DNA of 64,000 nt from Schmidtea polychroa (Eukaryota): positions 16,866,001 to 16,930,000 of the forward strand of contig CM097885.1 of NCBI GenBank assembly GCA_044892525.1. Reading direction: 5' to 3'. Positions 27,454-40,780 of the stretch are shown here, in pieces. A program made the translations under genes and the position numbers. Every line of letters begins with the position of its first letter. Position 1 is the stretch's first letter. The notes below the pieces were generated by a model, which saw nothing but the letters and a program-made list of their open reading frames with translations, had not been told where the DNA came from and did no database searches.

Positions 27454-28530
27454 TGTTGGGTTTTAATTAATTTAAGTCGGTAACCTCTGACTCCTCGTGT
27501 CCTTTTAATCAAACAATGAACTACCCAACGTAAATTTGATTCACAAAAATATATTCTTTTATCAACAATAAACACTCAATAACTAAAGTTAAGTTTGACC
27601 GATTCTTCGCTCGGCGTTGATGCTTTGACAAAATATAATATTCACCTTTTATTTCCTTAGGTTCTCTTGACCAACGTTTTACTTTTCTCTTTGATTTGAT
27701 CCTTTTTCACCTTTTCGTATTCCTATTCTATATCTTCTCTTTCCCTAATCTTTTTAATTCGTTTTTACCTTTCGTCTACTCTCATTTCTTCTTACCCTAA
27801 CTATGGCAAAATCCCGATTTGCTCTGATTCTCCAATTCCTTATATACTCTTCGAAATCGGGATGACAAATGGTTATTGCCGAGCCAATCTCTTACTTGAC
27901 ATTCGACTCCACATATCTGCTTCGGCTGTCACCCATAATGGTCCTACGAATCCAGATAATTAATGGCCCGTCCGGCCTTTCTGCACGCACTATCTTCTCC
28001 TTGCTCTTTTCCCATTAATCATTGTGTCACGCTAATGGGCCCAAATCTTCCTTCTGTTTGCTTTTCTTCTTGTTTACCCAGCTCGGATTTTCTTCATCTC
28101 TCGGGTTCTTCATTGGCTCGGGTTTTCTATTAGTCAATTAATTAATTAATTAACGTTTTATGTTTTAACACATTTGAATGCTTTTCGACCCTTCCTAACC
28201 ATTTTCTGATAAATCCCTAATCATCATCTTGTTGACCATTAGCTAATCTATAACTGTCCCGTTTTCCCAATTCGATTTCGATGATTTTAAAATTTATTGA
28301 TTTTTCTCGGATTTCCGGATTCTTGCTTTTCGCAACTGCTTTTGCCATTTCCTAATACTGCTTCCATCGTACTTTCCTTTACTATCAATTCTGTGCATGA
28401 TCACGCTTTTATTTGTCTATTTTCTTTACTTACTTTTTTTTAAATTATTAACCTAAATTTCATTTAAATTTATTTTAATTTACAGACCTCAATATATCTC
28501 CCCCCTTAAAAAATTTTTCGTCCTCGAAAT
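27454..28530 (-). mobile_element. 3' LTR plus polypurine tract of a related large LTR element
   Basis: About 1040-bp repeat shared with 7128-8158. Terminus TGTTGGG at 27454. On the minus strand the PPT AAGGGGGGAGA abuts the other LTR end (about 28494-28508). Confidence 0.8.
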
Positions 28531-30549
28531 ACATGTTTAGACTTTTTTCTCAATATTCGAAATTTTAATTGTTAACATCGAATAATAATAAATTAATTAA
28601 TTGGTAATAAATACGGAAAAGAATGAGCTTTTTTTTAAAATAATTATTAATTCCAAAATTAAAAATGTTCCGTTGTTTTTTTTTTGCTGTGAAGACTGCT
28701 TTTGAATTATAAAAAATAATTACACGTTAAACATGATTTTAAAAAGATTTTGTGTTTGGTTTGAAGGGTAGTTAATAAATAAAGTGATATTTTACTTGTA
28801 ATATTTGTATTTAATTGCGTAGAATAAATTTGTTAAAATTGAAATGGGATTAAAAATTTGTTAATTCCAACAAAATTTAATTAAAAATTATCATTACTCT
28901 TTATAATTATAATTTTATTTATTTTTTTTATTTTGAACAGATAATGATCCCTCTTAGAGGAACATTTGATAATCATTAATCATTATCTATCCCTATCTTC
29001 GTCGAAGAATTGGATAAACAAAATCCAGCAAATGAATCATTTTTTTGAAATTCTGGATTGTTTTATCTCTTAATACTATGCCGAGGAATTTATTTTCCTA
29101 TATTCACATTTCTTCCAATTATTTCTACATTTATTCAGATTAAACTGGAAGTTAGTAATCTTATTATTATTTTTTATTACTTCTTACTATTATTATTACA
29201 ATTATTATTATTTATTATTATTATTTATTATTATTATTATTATTAATTATTATTATTATTATTAATATAGACTATGTTGAGATCTTAGAATAAAATAACT
29301 TTTTCAGAACCTTAAAATGAACTTCAGTAGGTTGATAGCTGATTGAACGTCTTTTCATGGAGACTTTATGAAAAATGCCAACGATTTCGATGAGATGCAT
29401 TTGATGCCTGTAAGTAAAAATCTATGAACCTTGGAAATTGAAAGAAGGCTTTGACACTATCAACGAATGTCAGACAGAATACCTTTGACTGTGATTAAAT
29501 GATTTAGAAAGAATTGAATTACATTTGTCTTTTTTAAATAAAATTCTCATATTCAAAGGTACTTTAGAATTATCGAAAACAAAATTTACAAGTCTGACTA
29601 ACTATTGTGAAATCGTTATTTAAAAAAATAACTTCTAAAAAATGATTAATAGAAAATATTTTTTCAATCAAATCAGTTTTTGCCAAAATTGTCAATTCGT
29701 CAAACAATTCTATTGCCGCCAGTAGGCCTACAACTATGAAGTTTTTTTTATCGAATAAATAATAAATTTCCAGACAAACAAAAGCCACTAATAGTCGCTT
29801 TATTCTTTAACTTTATCTTTTCTCAATTGAAAAAAGTTTGTTTTATTGTTTATTACTGAGTCAACAACCCGGAGTAACTTAAAATAATTTAGTTCACACG
29901 TAACGTGAACGATTAAAACGCTTACAACGGACACAGGCCATAAATTTTGCCCAATGGCGCTTCATTATAAAATGAAAGTAAGATGACAAATGTTAATATT
30001 GGTGACCGAAAATTTTGCTATCTTTTACTCTTGTAACTTTTTTTTGTTTAGTTAGATATGTTTAGAGATGCGTATTTTATCATTTACCCTTAATGAAACT
30101 TATTTTTTTTATAATCGACATCAAAATAAACAAAATGAAAAGACCTAAATTAATTTAATTTCATAAATAAAACATTAAATTTTCCCAATTACTATAACTG
30201 AAAAAGATGTATTAATAATGAAGATTTTGTTATAAACTGGAATAAAATAAAATTCGAGCTATTGGATTATCAAATTACATCCTAAAACAATATTAACTTT
30301 AAAATAATAGCTGTTTATTTATTTATTTTATTTATTAATTCTATTTATTATAACTCTATTTATTAATTATTAATTCTAATTATTTTTTATTTATTTTTTT
30401 TTATAAATTATAATTTTATTTTCATATAATTACACCGTTCGATTAAGTAGCGATGCCCAGGCCCGGCTCTAGCGATGCAACTTTCTGTTAAGCGCTTTTT
30501 ATAGGAAATTATGTCAGAAATAAAACTCAAATTTCACAGTAAAGTATTA

Positions 30550-31467
30550 CTCCCTCCGTCCGGAAATATGATATACATTTGAGCGATTTTTGTTGTCCTG
30601 AAATATGGTATACATTTGCGAAAAAATAAAATAAATCAAAAAATGTAAATGACAAGTTTTTTATATTAGCTTTTTTTGAAACATTTTAATAAATATTAAT
30701 GTAAATATTAAATAAAATTTAAAAAAATAAATATTAATATTAATAAGTTCACTCGAAATTTGATTTGGCTTTATTGTATGCTTCTTTAGAACATACATAT
30801 TTTTCTAGCAGTCGAGCTTCGCGACGAAGTTTTCCTTTACTTAAATGAGGTATTTTATAGCCATTTCCTCCATCTGCTAACATAATTGACTCCATACATG
30901 CTTGCAATGTTGTAAAAACGTTATCGAGAGTATTCGCTTTTAATTGATTAATTGATTAATTAATTCTAGGTTTTCTTCTGCATCTTTTTTTCTTTTTTGA
31001 AGAAACATCGGCACATATCTTACCTTTTCTGTATTGAGTTTGTGCTGCATGCCAAATTCTGCTAACGGTTAGCCGGGAAACTTGAAACGCAGTAGCAACT
31101 TCGTTGATTGCACCGTGTTTTAACTTATTCTCCTTCATCTGCTGTAATAATTTTTCAAAAATACCTTGACGTTGTTCTTTAGTTAACTGTTTATATTTTG
31201 AATCTCTTCTTTCTAAATTTCACAAATTTCCTTCCACATTTTCCATATTCGTCTTGCAGCGGTACTAATTTTATCTACCTCAAGAAACACTGATGTTTGA
31301 GCGGTAATTTTTTAACTAAGAATGATATTACTTAAGTCAAATATTTTAGGTTATATTGTCATGAATATTTACTATGACAATGTCATGACAGTTGCCTATT
31401 TATTTTTATATTCACGATAATCTACGATTTTTGTTGAAATGTATACCATATTATCGGACAGAGGGAG
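30550..31467 (-). mobile_element. Internally deleted mariner-like element (CTCCCTCCGTCC TIRs, DD39D/Stowaway-type)
   Basis: TA|CTCCCTCCGTCCGGAAATATG...CATATTATCGGACAGAGGGAG|TA. Retains the HTH (GAINEVATAFQVSRLTVSRIW) and the C-terminus (TLDNVFTTLQACM...GGNGYKIPHL); the DDD core is deleted. Confidence 0.88.
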
Positions 31468-31569
31468 TATAATTTTATTATTAAAAAGATTTACTGTGTA
31501 ATTAAACATTAATTCATAAAAAAAATAAACAGGAATCTTATATATATAAATTAGAAAACCAAAATGTTT

Positions 31570-33560
31570 CATTTAAAATTTTATTTTTCTTGCTTTTATG
31601 GAAGCAAATTCATCCAATACATCATTAATTTTTATTTTGTCGCAGATATAGCTTTCAATAGCAATCAAAGACAGGCCAACTAGTTTTTCTTGAGAAATGG
31701 TTGAGCGGAAATAATTCTTAATTAGTTTAAGTCTGGAAAATGATTTTTCGCCAGCTGCTACTGAGACTGGTAGTGTTTATAATATTCTCAAAGACACAAC
31801 TATATTTGGAAATATATCAAATAAATCATTTGAATAAATATACTGCAATATATCTAATGGATCAAAACTATTAAGTTGAGTTATGGTGTCTTTAAATATA
31901 CAGAGTTTTTCTTCCTTTGCATCATTATTATTTATCGTTTTTTGTAGGTTTTACACACGCACCCCGATTGTCCCGATACAATTTTTTAACGGAGACTCTA
32001 TCGTGCAAATTGAGGAGCTATGTAAATATCATGTCCCAAAATTGTAGCTTTTTTAAGTATATTATTAAAATTTTCATCTAAACGAAATTCTTTAAAAAAA
32101 TTTGTTAAATTATTTAAGCTATTTGTTGATCCATATAGGTTGGTACTTGAAGATTGAAACATCTTACTCACAACATTAATCCTGCTTAAAATGTCGTACC
32201 AAATTATCAGCGAACAAACAAATTCGTAGTCAAGTTTCAGTGCCAAAGATTTAGGATCAGATTTTGTGTTGTAGTCATTTCTGTCATTATCATGGATGGC
32301 AATATTGTTTTTTAATGGGCTAAGAGCATCAATTCTTGATTCCCATCGTGTATCCGATAAAGGTTTAAGCGTTATTTTGCTATATTGTTTTAAAACATCC
32401 CAACGTTTTGTGGAAGCACTAAAAATTATAAAGTTCTTGTATAATGCCAAAAAAAATTATAGTTTCCGTATTAACTTTAGCAGCATCACATACTAATAGA
32501 TTCAATGTGTGAGCTGCGCATGGTACAAAAAATGCTCGAAGGTTCTTATCCAAAATGCGTTTTTGAACACCGCTGTGTTTACCATGCATGTTAGAGCCAT
32601 TATCATAGCCTTGTCCACGTAAGTTTTTTAAATTTATATTTAATTCTTCTAACTTAGCAACTATGCTTTTAAACAAACCTTCGTCAGTAGAATCAGCTAT
32701 TTCTACGAAACCCAAAAAATGTTCTTCCACAGTAATTTGATTGCTTTTGTTTTTATGGACAAATCTGATAATAATAGTCATTTGTTCAGTGTGACTGACA
32801 TCAGGAGTGCAATCTAATATTATGGAAAAATACTTGGCATTTGTCACCATCTCGACAATAGCGTCGACTATTTTCTTTGAAATTAAGGATATTATTTCGT
32901 TTTGAATATTTTTTCCTAAATAATGCACTGTGTCCTTTTGAGTATTATGAATTTTTGCGAGATGGTTTTCCATAACCATATCAAATTTAGAGAATAGTTC
33001 AACTAATTTTAAGAAATTACCATTGTTGTTTTGGAAAATAATATCTGAAGAGCCTCGAAGAGCTAAATTTTGTTTAGCGAGATATTTTATTATTTCTACA
33101 ATTCGTTCTAACACACCGCACCAATATCGTTTTTCTCTTTCATATACTTTTTCATGTTCACTATCTATTGTGCTAAACTTTTCTAATCGTTTTTTTTACA
33201 TCAACCCACTTTATAAATGATGTTAAATGGGATTTAGTTACTTCATGACTACTCAGAGATTTTGATAAATTTTGCCAATTTGAATAACCATCTGTGGTCA
33301 AAGAACTTGTTCCACCTGAAAATAATTTGCAATATGAACAAAAAACACAATTTATAGTACATGAATATATAAGCCATGATCGTAAAACAGTATCTTTATT
33401 TGCTATCTTACAATAGTAATAGTTATTACTAAAACTCGACCACAATCGTCTTAAGGACATAATTTTTGTTCTATCGGTATCATCGAACCTTGCTTAATAA
33501 TAATTTTCCGAAATTTGTCATTTATAACTTTGAGCCAAGTAGCTGGATCACTTGATATAA
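31570..33560 (-). pseudogene. ZMYM1/DUF4371-type hAT transposase, frameshifted
   Basis: LALRG...NGNFLKLV, FSIILDCTPDVSHTEQ, GQGYDNGSNM, PCAAHTLNL, LSDTRWESR, PVSVAAGEKSFSRLKLIK. Confidence 0.9.
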
Positions 33561-33989
33561 ATGAAATCAAAACTTCATTTTCCCTCACTGTTCCTGAAGT
33601 TGTTTGGGGTGATAAATGTAAATTAGATTCACAGTCTGTGGTCGAAGTGGTAGCGATATTGTTATGTCCTTCGTGTTGATGTGGTAAAGTTTAGGAAGGT
33701 GAATCAATAAGTTGTTGGACTGTGAATGAATTTATACTTTTTTAATTCACAAAAATTGGTCTTCAATAAAAATTGAAAATATTAACAATGTCCAAACATG
33801 ACTGGAACACATGAAAAACTGAAAACAAGTACTTACAATTAAAGAAAAAAACCAAAAGCTTTTTTTGGAAATCTGAATTTGAAAATCGCCTATTTTTCAT
33901 CTCTCATTAAAAAAAAAATTAAATTTGAAAAAATAAATATTTAAATTTGAAATAATTTCATTTAAATTTTGGATTTTAGCGCTCTTTGT

Positions 33990-34172
33990 TCGTGTAGCGC
34001 CCTGATGCTTTGCATCTTCTGCTTCATCGGAAAAGCCTGGCCTAAGTGGGCTCCGGTTATGAACTGATCTAATAACAATTCTTTAACCTGCTTGGCCATA
34101 TCTACTTGATCGAGTTTGACTTCAAAGGCTTTACCTGCTAAAGTGGTCAGATGATAAGCAAACTCACTCAAG
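33990..34172 (-). pseudogene. Gag fragment of a relative of the giant retroelement
   Basis: LSEFAYHLTTLAGKAFEVKLDQVDMAKQVKELLLDQF matches VSEFAYHLTTLAEKAFEVKPEQAEMAKQVKELLQDQF in the 36436 ORF. Confidence 0.85.
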
Positions 34173-34939
34173 TTAAATGGGTAAATCAATTTTAAATTTT
34201 AAATTTAAGTAATTTAATAATTAAATCAAGTAAAATAAAGTTAATTTTAAAGTTAAATGCTAAATATTAAAATTAAACACAAGCTTTTAAATAAGTAATA
34301 TTTTTAATTAAAGTATGCGTAATTATTTTTAAATAAGTAAATTAAAGTAAGAATTTTAAATTTATTTTCAAAAAGTCTGAATAATAGTCAGCTTTTGAGA
34401 AATAAAAATTTTAAATAAACATTTTTATGGAATAATTTTCGAAGACAAATTTAAATACAAATTTTGTAAATAATAATAATACTAATAATAGTAATATTAA
34501 TAATAATTCAACAATTAGATACCAACAACAACCAAGTATTTACAACTAGATACTAAGTAGCTTGTACTAACAACAACCAAGTATCAACAACCACATACCT
34601 ACACATAAAATAATAACAATTAAAGACCTACTATATTTGTCCCATATGCGAGACATCCAAAAATATAAAATATAAATGTTTTTAAAGGATACATAGGAAA
34701 CACTTAAACCAGGGCTGGGGAACCTTTTCATTTCAAAAGGCCACATTCAATTATCTAATTTAACATAAGGCCGCAGTAAATAAAACGTTAACCCCCCCCC
34801 CCCCCCCTATAAACTATTTATTTTAATTCACATTATAAATTAGCCAAAACGCAATTTAAAATAATCTTTTATGAAAAAAATATATATTTACAAATCTAAT
34901 TTATTATATTGTATATTGTTAAAAAAATGTTATACATAC

Positions 34940-35875
34940 TGTTGGGGTTCAATAAAAGAGATACAAAATTGAGGTGAAAATCAATGAAAACACCAAATTC
35001 ATAATAATAAATACAAAGAGATTAATTAAAATAATCAAAAAAAAATAAAAATTGAATAATTTCGGGGGAAACTGGTATGGGCGGATGCCAAATTATGAGA
35101 CGAGTTCAAATATAATAAAATAAAATCAATGGGGGGTCCCTAGAAAGAATAAATTATAAAAAACAAAAATTATTTAAAAATTAATTAACTAATGGGAAGC
35201 CCGAGCTAATGGGAAACCCGAGCTAATGGAGAACCCGAGCTAATGGGAAACCCGAGATAATGAAAAACCCGAGATAATGGGAAACCCGAGCTAATGGAGA
35301 ACCCGAGCTAATGGGAAACCCGAGATAATGAAAAACCCGAGATAATGGGAAGCCCGAGATAATAGAAAGCCCTAGCGTCATGGGAGAGCCTAAATGGTCG
35401 ATCAAAGGGGAAATTAGATCGGCCGACGAAAATTAAATTAGGATAATGAGAGAAAGAGATAGGAGGAAGCCCGGGAAATTGGATACGAAGGGCTTGACGA
35501 ATTAAAATCAATTGACGGGTCAAGTATAAAAGGAACCAGCAAAGAAACATAATTGCCAGTTGGTCGAAGAAAAGTTAGTAGGATTAAACGGGTGAGTAAA
35601 AGAATTTAGCAGTTGTGGTAACTAGATATTTAGAAATCGAACGTACCAGAAAGGGACATCTCCCTTTGGAAGATTATCCCTACGTGAGATTTATTGTAGT
35701 ATTGAAAAGTGCAGATCAAAGAGTTATTAAAGATTGTAATTGTTCAATAAAGAGTGTAATCAAAAGGTGTACTTGTATTGGTCTTGAATAAAATTATTGT
35801 GTTGGGTTATCTTGATTTTGAAAAAGAACACAAAGGAGTCAGACCGTGATACCGACTTACATTAAAAACCCAACA
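34940..35875 (+). repeat. 5' LTR (936 bp) with internal ~17-bp tandem array
   Basis: TGTTGGG...CCCAACA termini. (TAATGGGAAACCCGAG[C/A])n at about 35189-35390. TATAAAA at 35525 and AATAAA at 35746/35787. Confidence 0.88.
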
Positions 35876-35879
35876 TATT

Positions 35880-35897
35880 TGGTGAGCCCGACGTGAT
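35880..35897 (+). promoter_or_regulatory. Primer binding site, tRNA-Trp type
   Basis: TGGTGAGCCCGACGTGAT lies 4 nt after the LTR and is one mismatch from the classical tRNA-Trp PBS TGGTGACCCCGACGTGAT. Confidence 0.85.
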
Positions 35898-36435
35898 CTG
35901 AAGTCGGTGAAAATTTGTTGAAATTGTGAAAGTATTTGACTATAATATCGAACAATACAGGCGTGATTTGAAGTCGGTGAAAATTTGTTGAAATTGTGAA
36001 AGTATTTGACTATAATATCGAACAATACAGAAGTGATCTGAAAAGTGATCCAAAAATTGATCCAAAGTTGGTGAAAATTCGTTTAAAGTGTGAAAATATT
36101 TGATTGAAATATCGATTAATACTGACGTGATAAAAAGTTGATGAAAATTTGTTGAGATTGGGAAAGTATTGTAAATTGATAAAAGGTAAAAATACATATA
36201 TTAAAGTGAAAAATTTGATTTAAGAGTGGTGAATATTTTTGGAAAATTATTAAAGTGGTGATTTTATTTTTGAAGATTAGTGAAAATAATAATTGTGGAT
36301 ATTGATTATTGAAAAGTCAAAATTAAAACGAAAGGTAAACTTTGTAATTGTAATACTTTAAATTTTAGACGAGTAAAACCTGTGTTAACCAGATCATTTT
36401 ATAAATTGAGAAGCCAAAAACTAGTAGAGAATATA

Positions 36436-39129
36436 ATGAGTACCCAAAGACAAGTTAATAATACAAATAATAATGATGAAACACCCGTGTCCACAGTTTC
36501 TGTGGGGAATGGCAAGGAAGGCAGTGATTATGCGAGTTGTCAAAAACTACCTGTAGATCAGTATGGGGGAGATCCGTTGGAATTTGTCGACTTCATGGCA
36601 GATTATTATATGTATGCGACTGCCTATGGATGGAGCCAATCGATAATTGTTCAAAGATTACCGCTATACCTAAAAGGAGCAGCCAGAGAAGCATGGCAAC
36701 AAATTGATAAAAGATTAATAGCAAATGACTGGACAAAGTTGAAAGACACACTTGCAGCTAAATTAATCGGAGGGGATATAAAATGGATGATGCGGCAGAA
36801 ATTCTATAACCGTGTACAAAAGTCAGAGGAATCCGTAAGTGAATTTGCTTATCATTTAACAACCCTTGCAGAGAAAGCATTCGAAGTGAAACCAGAACAG
36901 GCTGAGATGGCAAAGCAAGTAAAAGAGTTGCTACAGGATCAATTTTTGTCCGGAGTAAAGAAAGAAATTAAAAAGGCTTTGTGTTATGTTGATTTTAATG
37001 ACTTTGATGAATTGATTAAAAAGGCAATGAAAATTGAGCTGAATTTAAAAAGTACGCAGTCGAAATCAGAGTCGTTTGCAGTCATATCTGGCGAAAGGGA
37101 AAGATCAATAACTCCATCTAAAAACAATCGGTTTCAACAAACAAGTAGTCCATCACCAAAATTTAGATCAAAATTTCAGTCGAACAAATCAACAGATATT
37201 CAAATTGATGGAAAAGAAGGCCCTATTCAATGTAGTCATTGTCCAAGGATTGGACACTATGTTGACCAATGTTGGTTTAAAAATAGAGTACAGAGAAGCC
37301 CAATTCCAATTCAGTGTGATAATTGCCAAAGAATGGGTCATGACAGCAATCAGTGCTGGTCCAAAAATAATGTACAACGTAGTCCAAGGCAAATGTGGCC
37401 AGATTGGTTAAAAGGAAATGGTGGGAAGAGTTTCACCAAAATGAATATCAATGATCAGCGGAACAATGAGAATTTGCAGTGCTATAATTGCGGAAGGAAA
37501 GGGCACATGTCACGAAATTGTTTTGCCAGATCAAGATCAACGTCAACATCACCATCACCGCAGAGAGATAAAGTAAATTTACAAGGACAAATTCAGTGCC
37601 ACTCATGCAGAGGTTATGGACACATGGTCAGATCATGTCCAAGGAATACGGATAAATTTCAAAGGCCGATATTAAAGAAGTCGATTAGGTTTCAAAGTGA
37701 CAAACCGCAGACAGATAATGTGGCTTTTGTTCAGCCAGATAATTTTAATGAAAGAATTGAAATCGAAGTGAGAGAAATGGGTCGACGTTTAGATCTATTG
37801 ATGTCAAAGTTTGAATCAGACGAGGACTATAATAATCATATGATGTATGAGGCACCGGAAGAATTGAAAAAGAAAGTTATAAAAGATGACTTAGAAAATG
37901 AAAAGGCAACAATGATTATGACAAGAATTGAAAAATTAATTGGAAATAATGAAATAGAGTCGGCCAAAATAATTAAATCGTTGAAGGAATTAAGTCAAAC
38001 ATCCTTGAGCATAAGAAAGATAAAAAGTGTAATTAGCTTGTGTGTTAACTATTATAACATGAATCCAAAGTATAAAGACGAAATTAAGGAATTAATGAAA
38101 ATGTTTGGAAAGATGTTAAGGGAAAATAAAGGGTTAGATTTCATTTTTGTAGAAGTAGTAGATGAGATTGATAAAAGTATAATCTGTTGTCGTTGTGAGG
38201 CAAATGATAGCGTGAATGATTTAAAAATTAAATTAAAAGAGAAACGGGAAGGAGGCATGATAGAATTGAGATTTAATGATAGACCGTTAGAAAACGATGA
38301 ATTCTTGGTAGATTGTGGATTTATACCCGGAAGTAGAAATGAATTAAAAATGGTAAGTGTTGTGAGTGACGATGAAATGAGCATGAGTAGTAGTGAGGAA
38401 ATAATAAAAAGTTCAAATGATATACTAGAGAAATTGAATGACGCGCTATATATTGGAGATGAAGACGAAATCAATGAGAAATTACAAATGATTGACAAAT
38501 CAGAATTTGAAGAAAACGATAAAATAGAAATTGCAAATGCAATACGACCCTATTTATATGTAAAAACTAGATATGCTAAAATGTTAAGAGATTTATTACA
38601 AAGATTGGGCAAGGAGCTCAGGAAGGCAAGAGTTGAATTAAAGCCATTTTTGATAGCATTAGAATATGAGGGATATGGAAAAACGGAATATATAGACGAG
38701 CATTGGTGTACAAAGGTTCGAAAATTACGGAAGAGAGCAGCTGAAACGATGGGGAAAGATGGAATTATTATAGTAATGTACAAAGGTGAAGAACTTGATG
38801 ATGATGAATATTTATATGATTGCGGATGTATTCCACAAGAGCTGGGTGAAAATGGATGTTTGATCCGAGATGGACGAGCGGGATATTTAGTGAACCATAT
38901 TGTTGTAGTAAAGGGAATAAGTTTAGAAATCAAGATTAAGTCCAGCGAGTCTGACACAGAAGCACAAGGTGAAGAAGTAAATGGAAATCAAGAAATTGAG
39001 GAAATCGTTAGTGGTGATGATCAGAAGGAGCTGGATAAAAAAGATCAGTCTACAGAAACAGTACAAGGAGAGCCACTTGCACCAGAAAGCGAAACAAATG
39101 GTGAAAGCAAAAAGAAGAAAGTTAGAACT
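36436..39129 (+). CDS. gag: Polyprotein part 1: Gag (4 CCHC knuckles) plus two helical/ubiquitin-like modules; cut by the Polinton
   Basis: Capsid motifs (YGGDPLEF, LPLYLKGAAREAW, QKSEESVSEF). Knuckles CSHC/CDNC/CYNC/CHSC-x4-H-x4-C. The last 7 aa of the called ORF (SREKCAP) come from the TIR. Confidence 0.9.
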
Positions 39130-39977
39130 AGTAGAGAGAAGTGTGCTCCATGACTCATCGTTTTTTGTCATTTTTTTGCACTACCCCCCCCCCGATGACT
39201 CAGCGCAAAACAAAGACATATGACTCATCGATGACTCATCCATAGCAACAGCGGTAACTGGGTCAAGGTTATATGACTCATCCATAGCAACCGTGGTAAC
39301 CACGGTAACTAGGTCAAGGTCATTCTATTTTTAGTAACTAGGTCAAGGTCATTCTATTTTTAGTAACAATGTCACGTGACGTCATCGATGACTCATCAAG
39401 GTCATTCTATTTTTAGTAACTAGGTCAAGGTCATTCTATTTTTAGTAACTAGGTCAAGGTCATTCTATTTTTAGTAACAAGGTCATATGACTCATCATTT
39501 TTGGAACAAAGCCAACTGACTCATTATTAAAGTATGTATGACTCATCATTTTTTAAACAAAGACATATTTAATATTTAAATAAATACATTTAAACAAATA
39601 TTTAAATAAATACATTTAAACAAATATTTAAATAAATACATTTAAACAAAAATTTAAATAAATACATTTAAACAAATATTTAAATAAATACATTTAAACA
39701 AATATTTAAACAAAGACATTTAATCAAATATTTAAGTACATTTAAACAAAGACATATAGACAAAGACTCATCGATGACTCATAGTTTAGATAGGGGGTTT
39801 CTTTTTTTTTTGCATACCCCCCCCCCTTGTATGACTCATCGATGACTTTTTTGAACAAAGACCAATCATTTATTTTTAAAAGAAAGACTCATCACACGAC
39901 TCTAATTTTTAGAAGACTTCTTTTTTGGTAAACCAAAATTTATTGTATGTCGCTACAGAATAATAATAATAATAACA

Positions 39978-40058
<81 letters not shown>

Positions 40059-40414
40059 TTAATAATAATAATAATAAAAACATACCCATTTCTTCATAAA
40101 AAAGTTTGTTTTCATAAAATTTATTTCATAAATCATATAATTTGTTTTCATAAAAACTGGTTTCATAAAAAAAAAAAAATAAAAATTAATCATAAAAAAA
40201 TTTCATTATAAAAAAATTTAAATCATAAAAAAATAATAATTACCTCATTTGAAAAAGATGTACAAAGTATCGATAACATCTAACCAATCAGAATTGGATA
40301 TTATCGATGCTTTGTTCTCTGAATATGACTCATCGATGAGTCATTGTTACTAACTGAGTAATTTCTACTCACATAAAGACATGCAATACAAGTGCATGAA
40401 ATGTCTTTATGTAA

Positions 40415-40415
<1 letters not shown>
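39130..40415 (+). repeat. Left TIR (continues into an AAT tract)
   Basis: Reverse complement of 54715-55945, apart from a few substitutions, homopolymer and microsatellite length changes, and one 26-bp repeat unit. Confidence 0.95.
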
Positions 40416-40506
<91 letters not shown>

Positions 40507-40509
40507 TAA

Positions 40510-40606
<97 letters not shown>

Positions 40607-40780
40607 CTTAGAAAAATAGTAATCAACAAAATATATTTAAATTACAAATTTACAATTTTACATTGTCATTTTTACAAATGTCTGTTGCATTGATTGTTTC
40701 TTACAATCTTGGCTTCATTGACAACTATTAATAATAAAAAATAATAATTATAATAATAATTATTATTATTACCGAAATGA

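Noticed and set aside
28940..29830. Exon-like segments with splice-like boundaries
   Set aside because: No consistent frame or recognisable protein could be assembled.
35189..35390. Regular short repeats resembling a CRISPR array (also the TIR repeats)
   Set aside because: Tandem units with no unique spacers, located inside an LTR or TIR of a eukaryotic element; no cas genes.
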